The notes under the pieces are model-generated. The model was not told where the DNA came from. It ran no database searches and saw only the letters and a program-made list of their open reading frames with translations. Positions 1 through 8,553 of a DNA stretch of 40,270 nt are shown in pieces. Position 1 is the stretch's first letter, and each line of letters opens with the position of its first letter. Position numbers and translations under genes: made by a program. This DNA is from a candidate division WOR-3 bacterium (lineage in GTDB: Bacteria; Hydrothermota; UBA3072; B12-G15), in NCBI GenBank assembly GCA_965649055.1, contig CBFGJG010000001.1, forward strand, positions 54,134 to 94,403, read 5' to 3'.

Positions 1-615
1 ATTTAAGTCAGAAACGACAATTGGATTTTCCTGATTATTTTGTAACGTACAGACAGGAACACCATTAAATCCCCACAGCTTATTACCTGAAAGGTCTATC
101 TTCTGTGCGTATATGTTGACATTGTTCTTCCTGCTATGATCTTCCCACACGATAATAATTTCACCTGTAGCTTCATCAATTGCTATGTCGGGATTTATCT
201 GGTTGCTATCAAGATTACATATCATAAGACCATTATCAGTCCAATAAGGGTTTCCATAAAAGTCAATCATCTGTGCATAAATATCATAACCTTTATACTC
301 GTTTCTTAAATCCTGCCAAACAACAATAAACTTATCAACATAATTTATTGCCCTAATATTTGTTTGTTCGTTTTGAGCAATACATAAAGGAATTCCATTT
401 GTTGTCCATAAAGGAGTTCCCGAAAAATCTATACTTTGTGCGTATATATCCTTTCCTGTGTATATATTCCTTTCATCTTCCCATATAGCGATAAATCCTG
501 AAACATTATTAGGTAAAGAGAGTGGTCTTAATTGTTCACCAGAATATGAACAAACAGGATTTCCGTTAAGGTTCCACGAAACTATAAAAGAAAAAAATAA
601 ACTGAATGTAATCAT
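1..615 (-). CDS. Secreted repeat protein (probable beta-propeller; WxDxR...DIYAQxID..G..W..NG...C repeats), runs off the window start
   Basis: Not in the ORF track. Manual translation from ATG at 615 (SD GGAGG upstream) is open to base 1: MITFSLFFSFIVSWNLNG...WEDERN..DIYAQSID..WQDLRN..DIYAQMID..WEDHSR..NIYAQKID. Three ~55-aa repeats are visible. Confidence 0.85.
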   Translation of the reverse strand, partial: MITFSLFFSFIVSWNLNGNPVCSYSGEQLRPLSLPNNVSGFIAIWEDERNIYTGKDIYAQSIDFSGTPLWTTNGIPLCIAQNEQTNIRAINYVDKFIVVWQDLRNEYKGYDIYAQMIDFYGNPYWTDNGLMICNLDSNQINPDIAIDEATGEIIIVWEDHSRKNNVNIYAQKIDLSGNKLWGFNGVPVCTLQNNQENPIVVSDLN

Positions 616-636
616 AATGAAACCTCCATTTTTATT

Positions 637-664
637 ATTATAATTATCAGAAATTTATTGTCAA
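637..664 (-). promoter_or_regulatory. Sigma70-type promoter TTGACA-N16-TATAAT
   Basis: Both hexamers match consensus; lies upstream of the SD and ATG at 615. Confidence 0.75.
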
Positions 665-669
665 GCGAC

Positions 670-2997
670 TTATTTTAAAAGGTCTTCAAGATGCAATGAA
701 AATCCTTCTATCCAGAATACGGGTTCACCATCTTCAATATATAAAAAAGAAGGTATTTCACTTATTCCAAATTTTTTCATATCTTCACTGCTAAGATTTA
801 TAACTTTTCCATTTCTTATGTCATTCTTCTTTAGGAAATCCTTTATCTGTTGCTCATCACCGAGAAAATACAATGAACCTTTGAATGAAGCAAGTTTATT
901 TTTAGCATTAATTATAGTTGTCCTTGAGGCTTCTGAGTTGAAATCAACGAATGATATTAAAAGGTTCCCTTTATTAATCTTTATACCAATCTTTTTGAAA
1001 TCTTCTGGATTAAAAGGTTTTAAAATCATTTCACCGGGTTTGAATTCACCCGGGATACTGTAATATACATTAATCTCTCCATCTTTTTCTCTTAAATCAA
1101 TCTTTTTTATATTTACAAATCCATCACCATTTACATTTCTGAAACCCCAGACAAAATAATACACATTGTTGTCAAGAATAGCAGTTATAATTGTATCCTC
1201 TTTTTCAATATCAGGTTCCGATGTTTTTGGAATTCCATTAAATTCCTGTATTGTAAAATTTTCATAATAGTCAAAATCTCTGGTTATATTCTTATTATCT
1301 TTAAAAAATTTTATCTTAAGTTGTCTATTCTTCATAGGAGTTTCTTCAAATCTTAAAGTCTTCCATTCATTATCATAGTATTCAACACCTTTCATATCCC
1401 AGCTTATTTTTGCAGGTATTCCAACGCTTCTTAATATTCCTGCAATCAATATATACCTTTCAAGATTACTTCCCTTTTTTAATCTGTAGGTGTAAACAGG
1501 ATTCTGTTGGGGTTTAAAAAAATTATAATCCTTATCAATTTTAATATTTCTTTTTACCCATTGAAGAACTACCCCGGGAATATCTTTTTTCTTAAGAAGA
1601 AACTTAAATCTTTTAAATAAAAAGTGTTTATAAAAACCAAATTCTTCAAAAAGAATCCTTTCTGGAATTATATAATTTTCAGTTATAGAATCAGGTATTT
1701 GAGGATCTCTCAACATTAAAGAATTCTTTATAGTGTTTATTTCTTCTTTTAAATTTATTGTGTCCATAAAAACAAGGTCTTTGGGATTTGTATTTTTGAA
1801 AAATCTTATAAAATTTTTCTTTTCATCTTCGTTTAAATTCGTATAAAATTCTAATAACTTTTTACTATTACCTGACGCATTTTTGAATATATAATTCGTA
1901 TCTTCTGAAATTAATTTTTTTAAATTATTTTCTCTAATAATTTTAAGGGAATCAGTGTTTGGAAAATAAAAAGGTTTTCCAGTATCAGATTCTTCTTTCA
2001 AACAATGTAATATGAAAGAAGTATCAGGTAGCTCTTTTTTATTAATCTGTAAATACAGAGTTTCAAATTCTTTTTCAGGGAAAAATATACTGTAACCTAT
2101 AAGTGAGTCCATACTTGCAAATACGAAGTATTCATTATGACCAAGTATAAAAGAACCTTCTCCACTTTCAAGTGTGTCAACCATTATTGGAGTTATTGAA
2201 GAATAGTTGAACACTGAAAAAGAAATAATTGAATTTTTTATCTTTTCCCCATTCAATGTGGTTATAACTTTAATATTACTAACATCCGTATAATTTTCTG
2301 TTGAGTTAATAATACACCATTTTTTCCCCTTTCTAAAAATATACCTTTCTTCCTTAAAACCAAAAACAGGTGATAGGACAATGGATGTTCTTTTAACAGA
2401 TTTTCTGAACCAAGGAAAATCAATATCAGACAATTCTGCACTTCCTATATAATGCCAGCTTCCATCTATCCATATCTCAGTCCAAGCGTGATTACTTTCA
2501 GTGAAAGGCCAGGCTGGTGTATACGCAAATCTTGCAGGGATACATACGGTTCTTAAAGCCTTTATAAGAAGAATCGTCATCTCTTCACATCTTCCATATC
2601 CACTCTTTATAACTGTGGAAGCATTGAAATCCCATCTTTCAGTTGGTCTATATTCCATCTTTGTATAGCACCATTCGTTTATCTTTAAGACTGCCTCTCT
2701 CATATCCCTAACATTTTTTATAATTTCAAAAAGGGTATCTTTATAAATCGAGGAGAAATTTTCAACAGGTTCCTGTGTTACTCTTGGTGGAATTATATAA
2801 TGAAGAAAAAGGTCTTCATCAATCCTGTCTTTCCAGGGAACCCTATTTAAATTTTCAATGATACTCCCAATATGATTTTTGATTTCAAAATTTTTAAATG
2901 TCAAAAGGTCGTAATCTGAAGAATTCTTTATGATAAAATTATACACTTTATTTATATCAATTTTGTTGAATAAGAAAATAAAGATAAGAAGATGCAT
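670..2997 (-). CDS. Transglutaminase-like domain protein (one intact and one degenerate TG domain, possible C-terminal thioredoxin-like fold)
   Basis: GRCEE...LRTVCIPAR...NHAWTEIW..WHY motif; second copy ILRSVGIPA lacks the Cys; hydrophobic N-terminus. Confidence 0.8.
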   Translation of the reverse strand: MHLLIFIFLFNKIDINKVYNFIIKNSSDYDLLTFKNFEIKNHIGSIIENLNRVPWKDRIDEDLFLHYIIPPRVTQEPVENFSSIYKDTLFEIIKNVRDMREAVLKINEWCYTKMEYRPTERWDFNASTVIKSGYGRCEEMTILLIKALRTVCIPARFAYTPAWPFTESNHAWTEIWIDGSWHYIGSAELSDIDFPWFRKSVKRTSIVLSPVFGFKEERYIFRKGKKWCIINSTENYTDVSNIKVITTLNGEKIKNSIISFSVFNYSSITPIMVDTLESGEGSFILGHNEYFVFASMDSLIGYSIFFPEKEFETLYLQINKKELPDTSFILHCLKEESDTGKPFYFPNTDSLKIIRENNLKKLISEDTNYIFKNASGNSKKLLEFYTNLNEDEKKNFIRFFKNTNPKDLVFMDTINLKEEINTIKNSLMLRDPQIPDSITENYIIPERILFEEFGFYKHFLFKRFKFLLKKKDIPGVVLQWVKRNIKIDKDYNFFKPQQNPVYTYRLKKGSNLERYILIAGILRSVGIPAKISWDMKGVEYYDNEWKTLRFEETPMKNRQLKIKFFKDNKNITRDFDYYENFTIQEFNGIPKTSEPDIEKEDTIITAILDNNVYYFVWGFRNVNGDGFVNIKKIDLREKDGEINVYYSIPGEFKPGEMILKPFNPEDFKKIGIKINKGNLLISFVDFNSEASRTTIINAKNKLASFKGSLYFLGDEQQIKDFLKKNDIRNGKVINLSSEDMKKFGISEIPSFLYIEDGEPVFWIEGFSLHLEDLLK

Positions 2998-3017
2998 TTT
3001 TTATCCATTAGTGAAAT

Positions 3018-3365
3018 TGGTGGAGGCGGCGGGAATTGAACCCGCGTCCGGTGAAGCGGACAAGATGACTTCTACATACTTATCCAGTGTTCATTTTCAC
3101 CATTAATCTTCACACTGGAAGAAGAATAATGGCAAGCCTGTTTTTCCTTTCACCTCCTACTAACAGGCGTATAGAAGGCTATCCTCTGTATATGACACCT
3201 TATCCCATAGCCCAGAGGATTGGCGATGGGAAGGTGTGACTGCTAATTATGCAGCCAGTGCGTAACCGTAATCGGCAGTTGTTTTTTTGCTGATTTTTTA
3301 CGAGCTCCAGCAACTCGGTATGCAGTCATCTGTCCATTCAACACCGTCGAATCCAATTCGCCCCC
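3018..3365 (-). ncRNA. ssrA: tmRNA, 348 nt, tag (A)ADYGYALAA at 3276-3247
   Basis: 5' GGGGGCGAATTGGATTCGAC; 3' T-arm and CGCCTCCACCA; 7-bp acceptor stem with G3-U wobble; internal tag ORF ending ALAA-stop. Confidence 0.97.
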
Positions 3366-3374
3366 ATCTATAAT

Positions 3375-3402
3375 AAATTATATAAAAATATAAAAAATGC
3401 AA
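3375..3402 (-). promoter_or_regulatory. Putative ssrA promoter TTGCAT-N16-TAATTT
   Basis: Hexamers lie 9 nt upstream of the mature tmRNA 5' end; both are imperfect matches. Confidence 0.45.
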
Positions 3403-3411
3403 GTGCTTTTT

Positions 3412-3436
3412 TGGGGTCGATAAACTTTCAACTTTT
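3412..3436 (+). repeat. REP-like element TGGGGTCG-ATAAACTTTCAACTTTT (second copy at 8148-8175)
   Basis: 17-bp exact match between 3420-3436 and 8159-8175, each preceded by TGG(G/T)GTC. Confidence 0.65.
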
Positions 3437-3532
3437 TTGCTTGGATATATAAACGGACATCCAGATGCTTCAAATGGAGACTCTGAAATAATTAAACAGC
3501 AATTTTTTTACGTGTTGAGATAAAAAAATGAC

Positions 3533-3560
3533 TTGATTTTTTTTAAAAGTAGATTAAAAT
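3533..3560 (+). promoter_or_regulatory. Sigma70-type promoter TTGATT-N16-TAAAAT
   Basis: Upstream of SD AAGGAGG and ATG 3588. Confidence 0.6.
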
Positions 3561-3587
3561 TAAATAACCACAAAAAAGGAGGTGGTT

Positions 3588-5663
3588 ATGCGTTTTATTA
3601 ATCTTTTATTATTATCATTCTTATCTTTTGTTATTATAAATGCTAAACCTAAATCAACAGAGTTTATCATCTATCAACAGGATTTTGAAAGATACTGGGG
3701 AGACTGGACATATATCGATGGAAATTTTGACGGATATTACTGGAATGTTGGAATAACACAAGATTTAGGAATATATTTCCCACCTGATTATGGGACAAGA
3801 TACGTATTTTATTCAGATGATGATGCAGGTTATGGAATCATAAATACAAATGAAGAATGGATTTCTCCGGCAATTTATATAGGAAATCTTGATTCACTCA
3901 GACTTGAATATTCATATGGTTTCCGGGTAAATCAGACGGGTGAATTTTTGTGGTGTGAAGCGAGGTTTTTCCGTTCAGGTTTCTGGGATGAATGGCAAAC
4001 CCTTGCATTTTATAACTCTTCTTATGCTGGTGTAGAAATAACAAGACTTAATCCTTATTTACCAGCTGATTCTGTCCAGATAAGGTGGGTTTATAACGAT
4101 GAAGCAACTTCACAGCATTTTGGCTGGGCCTGTGCAGTGGATAATGTAAAACTTATCGGTTATAAGAGTGAAGATGGATTCAAAATTTATGTCTGGGACA
4201 ATTCTACGGGGACTGTATTCTTTGATGATGAAATAGGTGCATATGTTGGATTTGCTGCCTATTTAACACAAGGCTTATCAAATATTTTAGACCCTGTAAT
4301 AGATACAATTTTTATAAGTGATATTCTACCTCAGATTGAGGAACTTCTTACCTATGATGCTCTTTTTGTTATAAATGGCACAAGAGAAGGGAATATTATG
4401 AATATTGAAGATGCTCAGAAGATTGAACAATATTTTGGTGCAGGTGGAAATGTTTATATAGAAGGGAATAATATTGTAGAGTTTTTACAGGAATTTTATC
4501 CACCATTGCTTGATTCTTTCAGGGTTTTATATGGAGGTAATACCTTTGAACCTTTTTATCTGATTCAGGGTAAGGAAGGGACTTTTACAGAAGGTGAGGA
4601 ATTCTTCTATTTCCCTGATTTGTCACTGATAACCTCCATGGATAGACTTGAACCGGTAGGAACAGGTCAAAATATCTTACAGACAATAGATGGGAAGGCT
4701 TATGTATGTAGAGCTACTGCATACAGTTATTCAGCTGAAAAATCAAAATCCATTAAAAAGAATTCTATCATAAGTTCTTTGAATCTATCTGCGTTAAAAA
4801 AGATCAACCCTGAAGCGATTTCACAGGATTTAAGAGAAGAAATGGTGAAAAAGATACTTGGATTTATGGGATTGGGAAGGATTCTTGTTGTTGATTATGC
4901 TGGTTCTGAGCAGAATAAAATAATAGGAGACCTGAATAGCATTGGATATCATAATTTTGATGTTGTTCAAAATGGCCCTGATTTCTCTGATATGAAGAAA
5001 TATTCACTTGTTTACTGGAGGACCGGAAAATTTGGTTCATCACTCTCTGAACAGGATACAATAAGGATAAAAGAATATATAAAGTATGGAGGAAGGGTTA
5101 TACTTACAGGTGAAGACCTTGCTTCATCTATAGGTTTCCCAGGATATATGGAGGAGGTTAAATTCTTAAAGGATTTCTTCGGTGTTGATTATTTATATGA
5201 TAGTGTATACGCTACAGGTATTCAAGGAAGAAGACTTTATAGTGGATATCAAACTCTATACAACGGGATTAAGCCTGACAGAATTACAGGGGTTGAAACC
5301 TGTTTTGTTTTTACTGGAACAAAAGCGAATGAAGGTGCAGGTTTCATGAATACATTTGGAAAGACAAAAACACTATTCTTCGGATTTTCGTATGATGATA
5401 TGACAGATGTCTCCGAAAGGATTTCAATTCTATCACATACCTTAAATTTATTCGGAATTAATAAGTCATCAACACCACCAGTTGGAATAAAAGAAGAAAT
5501 GGAAGATAAAAGAAATTATCTTTTAATCACGGATTACAGGGATTTAGAAAGATATCTCCCTTTTTTTGATGTTTCTGGAAGAAAGATTATGAAACCTGAT
5601 AAGACCGGAATATACATTTATAAAGGAAAAATTGGGGTTATAAAAATTTTGTTTATAAAATAG
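3588..5663 (+). CDS. Secreted surface protein: N-terminal beta-sandwich (MAM/adhesin-like), two alpha/beta domains, short T9SS-type CTD
   Basis: Signal peptide MRFINLLLL..; GWACAVDNVKL-type sandwich end; repeated GGxVYIEG / GGRVILTGE motifs; C-terminal FFDVSGRK..GIYIYK. ATG 3588 preferred over GTG 3582 from SD spacing. Confidence 0.75.
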   Translation: MRFINLLLLSFLSFVIINAKPKSTEFIIYQQDFERYWGDWTYIDGNFDGYYWNVGITQDLGIYFPPDYGTRYVFYSDDDAGYGIINTNEEWISPAIYIGNLDSLRLEYSYGFRVNQTGEFLWCEARFFRSGFWDEWQTLAFYNSSYAGVEITRLNPYLPADSVQIRWVYNDEATSQHFGWACAVDNVKLIGYKSEDGFKIYVWDNSTGTVFFDDEIGAYVGFAAYLTQGLSNILDPVIDTIFISDILPQIEELLTYDALFVINGTREGNIMNIEDAQKIEQYFGAGGNVYIEGNNIVEFLQEFYPPLLDSFRVLYGGNTFEPFYLIQGKEGTFTEGEEFFYFPDLSLITSMDRLEPVGTGQNILQTIDGKAYVCRATAYSYSAEKSKSIKKNSIISSLNLSALKKINPEAISQDLREEMVKKILGFMGLGRILVVDYAGSEQNKIIGDLNSIGYHNFDVVQNGPDFSDMKKYSLVYWRTGKFGSSLSEQDTIRIKEYIKYGGRVILTGEDLASSIGFPGYMEEVKFLKDFFGVDYLYDSVYATGIQGRRLYSGYQTLYNGIKPDRITGVETCFVFTGTKANEGAGFMNTFGKTKTLFFGFSYDDMTDVSERISILSHTLNLFGINKSSTPPVGIKEEMEDKRNYLLITDYRDLERYLPFFDVSGRKIMKPDKTGIYIYKGKIGVIKILFIK
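4694..4745 (+). repeat. 52-bp exact intragenic direct repeat, copy 1
   Basis: GAAGGCTTATGTATGTAGAGCTACTGCATACAGTTATTCAGCTGAAAAATCA, identical to 6211-6262. Confidence 0.95.
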
Positions 5664-5671
5664 GAGCGAAA

Positions 5672-7162
5672 ATGTTATTTATAATCTTCTCATACGCTGT
5701 ATTTTTATGGGATAATGACAGTGGTTATACATTTTATGATAGTGATCTTGGGGTAAATGTCGGATACCAGCTTTATCTTTACGATGCTCTGAACTATAAC
5801 CTATCCGTATTTGGTGATACATTAATTGAGAATGATACTTTACCTGAACTTTCGCAACTTCGGAACTACGATGCAATTTTTATTGTGAATGGACCAAGAA
5901 AGGTTAATATCATCAGTTTGCCTGATTTAAATAATATAGAATCATATATGGGTTCAGGTGGAGATGTTTATATGGAAGGAAATAACATAGCAGAATTTTT
6001 GCATTTTAACCATCCTGCATTACTTGATTCATTCTATGCTGAATATTCAGGTAGCACTGTTGGGACTCCGGTAGGATATATCTACGGTTATCAAAACACT
6101 TTTACAGAAGGTGAGGAATTTTCATATTTTACAGACGCAGGAATGAATTATGACGTTGATATAATTGGAGCAATTTTTCCTGCTGATACAATACTTGTTT
6201 CATCAGACCAGAAGGCTTATGTATGTAGAGCTACTGCATACAGTTATTCAGCTGAAAAATCAGGCCTGAGGACATCTATTATATCTTCAATAAATATATC
6301 GGGTTTTAAGAAAAGATATCCTTATCAGAATTCTTTCAGGTTAAGAAGGGAATTCGTAAGAAAGGTATTAGCATATATGGGTATTTCAAGGATACTCTAT
6401 ATTAACAGGGAAAACTATGGTGAGCCTGATTTTATAAAACAAGATTTAGTTCAATTAGGTTATAAAAATGTTGATGATACTTTGTCTATCCCTGATACTA
6501 ATTATATGAAAAGATTTGCAGTTGTAATCTGGAATACAGGCAAAAATTCCAGTACACTTACGGGTGATGATACAATAAGGATAAAATCTTATATGGATTA
6601 TGGTGGAAGGATAATGATGACAGGTGAAAATATTGCAGAAAATCTCTTTATCCCCGGATATACTAATATATTACAGAATTATTTTGGAATCTTTGCAGTT
6701 CAGGGAACTATTTCTTGTAATATTATAAAAGGTCTCAAGATTTATTCAAGCGTTTATGCTCATTATGTCCCTACAGACCCTGATATTATATGGGGATATG
6801 ATACAAGTTTTATTTATTTGTCTGCAAAATCAGATGAATGTGCAGGTATATCACATACAAAAGAAAAAACCAAGTCTTTATTCTTGGGTTATAGTTATAA
6901 CCATATTCAGGAGGAAGATGAAAGAAGAAAGATAATGGATATTACAATGAAGTATTGGGGAATAAGGAAAGAGTCTTTCCCTTCTGGATTTGACGAGAAA
7001 AATAATGATAAAAACGAAAAATATATCATAATATTTAAGGATACTGAAATCCCTTATCCATTGTATGATTTAACTGGAAGAAAGATTAATAGATTGGAAA
7101 GAAAAGGGATTTATATTTATAAAGGGAAGGAAGGAATAAGGAAAGTAATATATATAAGATAA
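5672..7162 (+). CDS. Paralog of the preceding gene without the N-terminal beta-sandwich; T9SS-type CTD
   Basis: Colinear motifs WDN.G..F.D, YDA.F..NG.R, GG.VY.EGNNI.EFL, KAYVCRATAYSYSAEKS, DTIRIK.Y..YGGR; C-terminal LYDLTGRK..GIYIYK. Confidence 0.8.
   Translation: MLFIIFSYAVFLWDNDSGYTFYDSDLGVNVGYQLYLYDALNYNLSVFGDTLIENDTLPELSQLRNYDAIFIVNGPRKVNIISLPDLNNIESYMGSGGDVYMEGNNIAEFLHFNHPALLDSFYAEYSGSTVGTPVGYIYGYQNTFTEGEEFSYFTDAGMNYDVDIIGAIFPADTILVSSDQKAYVCRATAYSYSAEKSGLRTSIISSINISGFKKRYPYQNSFRLRREFVRKVLAYMGISRILYINRENYGEPDFIKQDLVQLGYKNVDDTLSIPDTNYMKRFAVVIWNTGKNSSTLTGDDTIRIKSYMDYGGRIMMTGENIAENLFIPGYTNILQNYFGIFAVQGTISCNIIKGLKIYSSVYAHYVPTDPDIIWGYDTSFIYLSAKSDECAGISHTKEKTKSLFLGYSYNHIQEEDERRKIMDITMKYWGIRKESFPSGFDEKNNDKNEKYIIIFKDTEIPYPLYDLTGRKINRLERKGIYIYKGKEGIRKVIYIR
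6211..6262 (+). repeat. 52-bp exact intragenic direct repeat, copy 2
   Basis: Identical to 4694-4745. Confidence 0.95.
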
Positions 7163-7175
7163 GGATTTGGGTGAT

Positions 7176-8147
7176 ATGCTGAATAAATTGAATTTTTTTA
7201 AGATTGAAATAATATTTTTAATATTCTTTCTTTTTGGTCTCGGTTGTAGAGAAAAAGAATCAAGAAATTACAGGGAAGATATGAGGGCTTTTGTAAAAAA
7301 TATAAGTCTTTATGCAAAAAATATAAATAAAGATTTTTTAATTATACAGCAAAATGGGGAAGAGATTATTGTAGATGATAGTATAATAAGGATGGATTAT
7401 ATTGATGCAATTGACGGGATCGGGAGGGAAGATTTATTCTATGGATATAATGGTGATAACTTACTAACACCAGAAGAAGTGAGTGAAGAGATTATTCATT
7501 TTCTTGATATCGGTAAATCTAATGGGATTAAAATCCTTGTGATTGATTATTGTTCAACAAAATCTTATGTTGATTCTTCGTACAATAAATCTGGTTTAAA
7601 GGGATATATCTCTTTTGCTGCAAACCATCGTGAACTTGACAATATACCTTTATATCCATTAGAACCATACAATGTTAATGCATCAGATATCTTTAAATTC
7701 GAGGATGCTAAGAATTTTTTATACCTTATAAATCCATCTTCATTCGGTTCAAAGGAAGAATTCATAAATGCATTGAAGGAAACAAACTATGACATTTTGA
7801 TCATTGATTTATTTTTTGATAATACTGAGCTTACGAGTTCAGATATTTCTAATCTGAAAATAAAAAAGAATAATGGGAAGAGACTTGTCATTTCTTATAT
7901 GAGTATAGGTGAAGCAGAGGATTATAGATATTACTGGAATGATTGGTGGAAAACAGGGAATCCGTCATGGATATGTGAAGAGAACCCTAATTGGGAAGGG
8001 AATTACAAAGTGAAATACTGGGAAAAAGAATGGCAGGATATTATATTCGGGAATGATTCATCATATCTTAAAAAAATAATTAATTCTGGCTTTGATGGAG
8101 TTTATCTTGATATAATAGATGCTTATGAATATTTTGAAAATCTTTAA
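7176..8147 (+). CDS. MJ1477/TM1410-family (GH114-like, putative endo-alpha-1,4-polygalactosaminidase) lipoprotein
   Basis: ISYMSIGEAEDYRYYW, ENPNWEGNY.VKYW, GFDGVYLDIIDAY, IIQQNG and EDLFYG motifs; lipobox GLGC. Start may be TTG 7167 or ATG 7176. Confidence 0.8.
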   Translation: MLNKLNFFKIEIIFLIFFLFGLGCREKESRNYREDMRAFVKNISLYAKNINKDFLIIQQNGEEIIVDDSIIRMDYIDAIDGIGREDLFYGYNGDNLLTPEEVSEEIIHFLDIGKSNGIKILVIDYCSTKSYVDSSYNKSGLKGYISFAANHRELDNIPLYPLEPYNVNASDIFKFEDAKNFLYLINPSSFGSKEEFINALKETNYDILIIDLFFDNTELTSSDISNLKIKKNNGKRLVISYMSIGEAEDYRYYWNDWWKTGNPSWICEENPNWEGNYKVKYWEKEWQDIIFGNDSSYLKKIINSGFDGVYLDIIDAYEYFENL

Positions 8148-8453
8148 TGGTGTCAGTCATAAACTTTCAACTTTTCTGATATAAAGAGTAATTACTAAAA
8201 AATGGGGGCAGGCGTATACTTTTGTTAACTTTTGAATTTGAAAAACCAGAGATTGCCACAGGTTAAGAGAGAAGAGAAGCCTGCAAGCCTTCGGAATGAC
8301 ATATTACGATGTCAGATTGACAAAAAATAGGAGTTACGCAGGCTGAAGCCTGCGGCTACCATAAATAGAGATTGGGGTTAGTAATTAATATCACTCCCAC
8401 CTTAATCCGCTCTCATCAAGGGAGCAGAGAATTAAAGGAAGTCTGTCTTAAAT
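8148..8453. repeat. Intergenic cluster of several REP-like/palindromic repeat types
   Basis: Several TGGGGTCAG-like units, GAGATTGCCAC...GGAATGAC, a GTAG-type REP and a CCCACCTTAATCC-hairpin unit, all GC-richer than the flanks. Confidence 0.6.
8337..8360 (-). repeat. GTAG-family REP (GTAG-C-CGCAGGCTTCAGCCTGCG); may also act as a terminator between convergent genes
   Basis: Perfect arms CGCAGGCT/AGCCTGCG with a GTAG tetranucleotide on the minus strand. Confidence 0.75.
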
Positions 8454-8553
8454 CTAATGAATAAGAAATTCTTAAAGAAAGATGAGAATGAAAAAAGAGA
8501 TTCAGGACACTTTGACCAGACAGCTAAAGGAAGAATATAACAAAAATAAATAT

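Noticed and set aside
3018..3070. tRNA gene, or an integration site at the tmRNA 3' end
   Set aside because: The tRNA-like end belongs to tmRNA. No duplicate of its 3' end and no integrase were seen.
4694..6262. DGR template/variable repeat pair
   Set aside because: The copies have zero mismatches (no adenine-specific differences), both lie mid-gene, and there is no reverse transcriptase in the window.
8148..8453. CRISPR array
   Set aside because: The units are heterogeneous, degenerate and irregularly spaced, and there are no cas genes.
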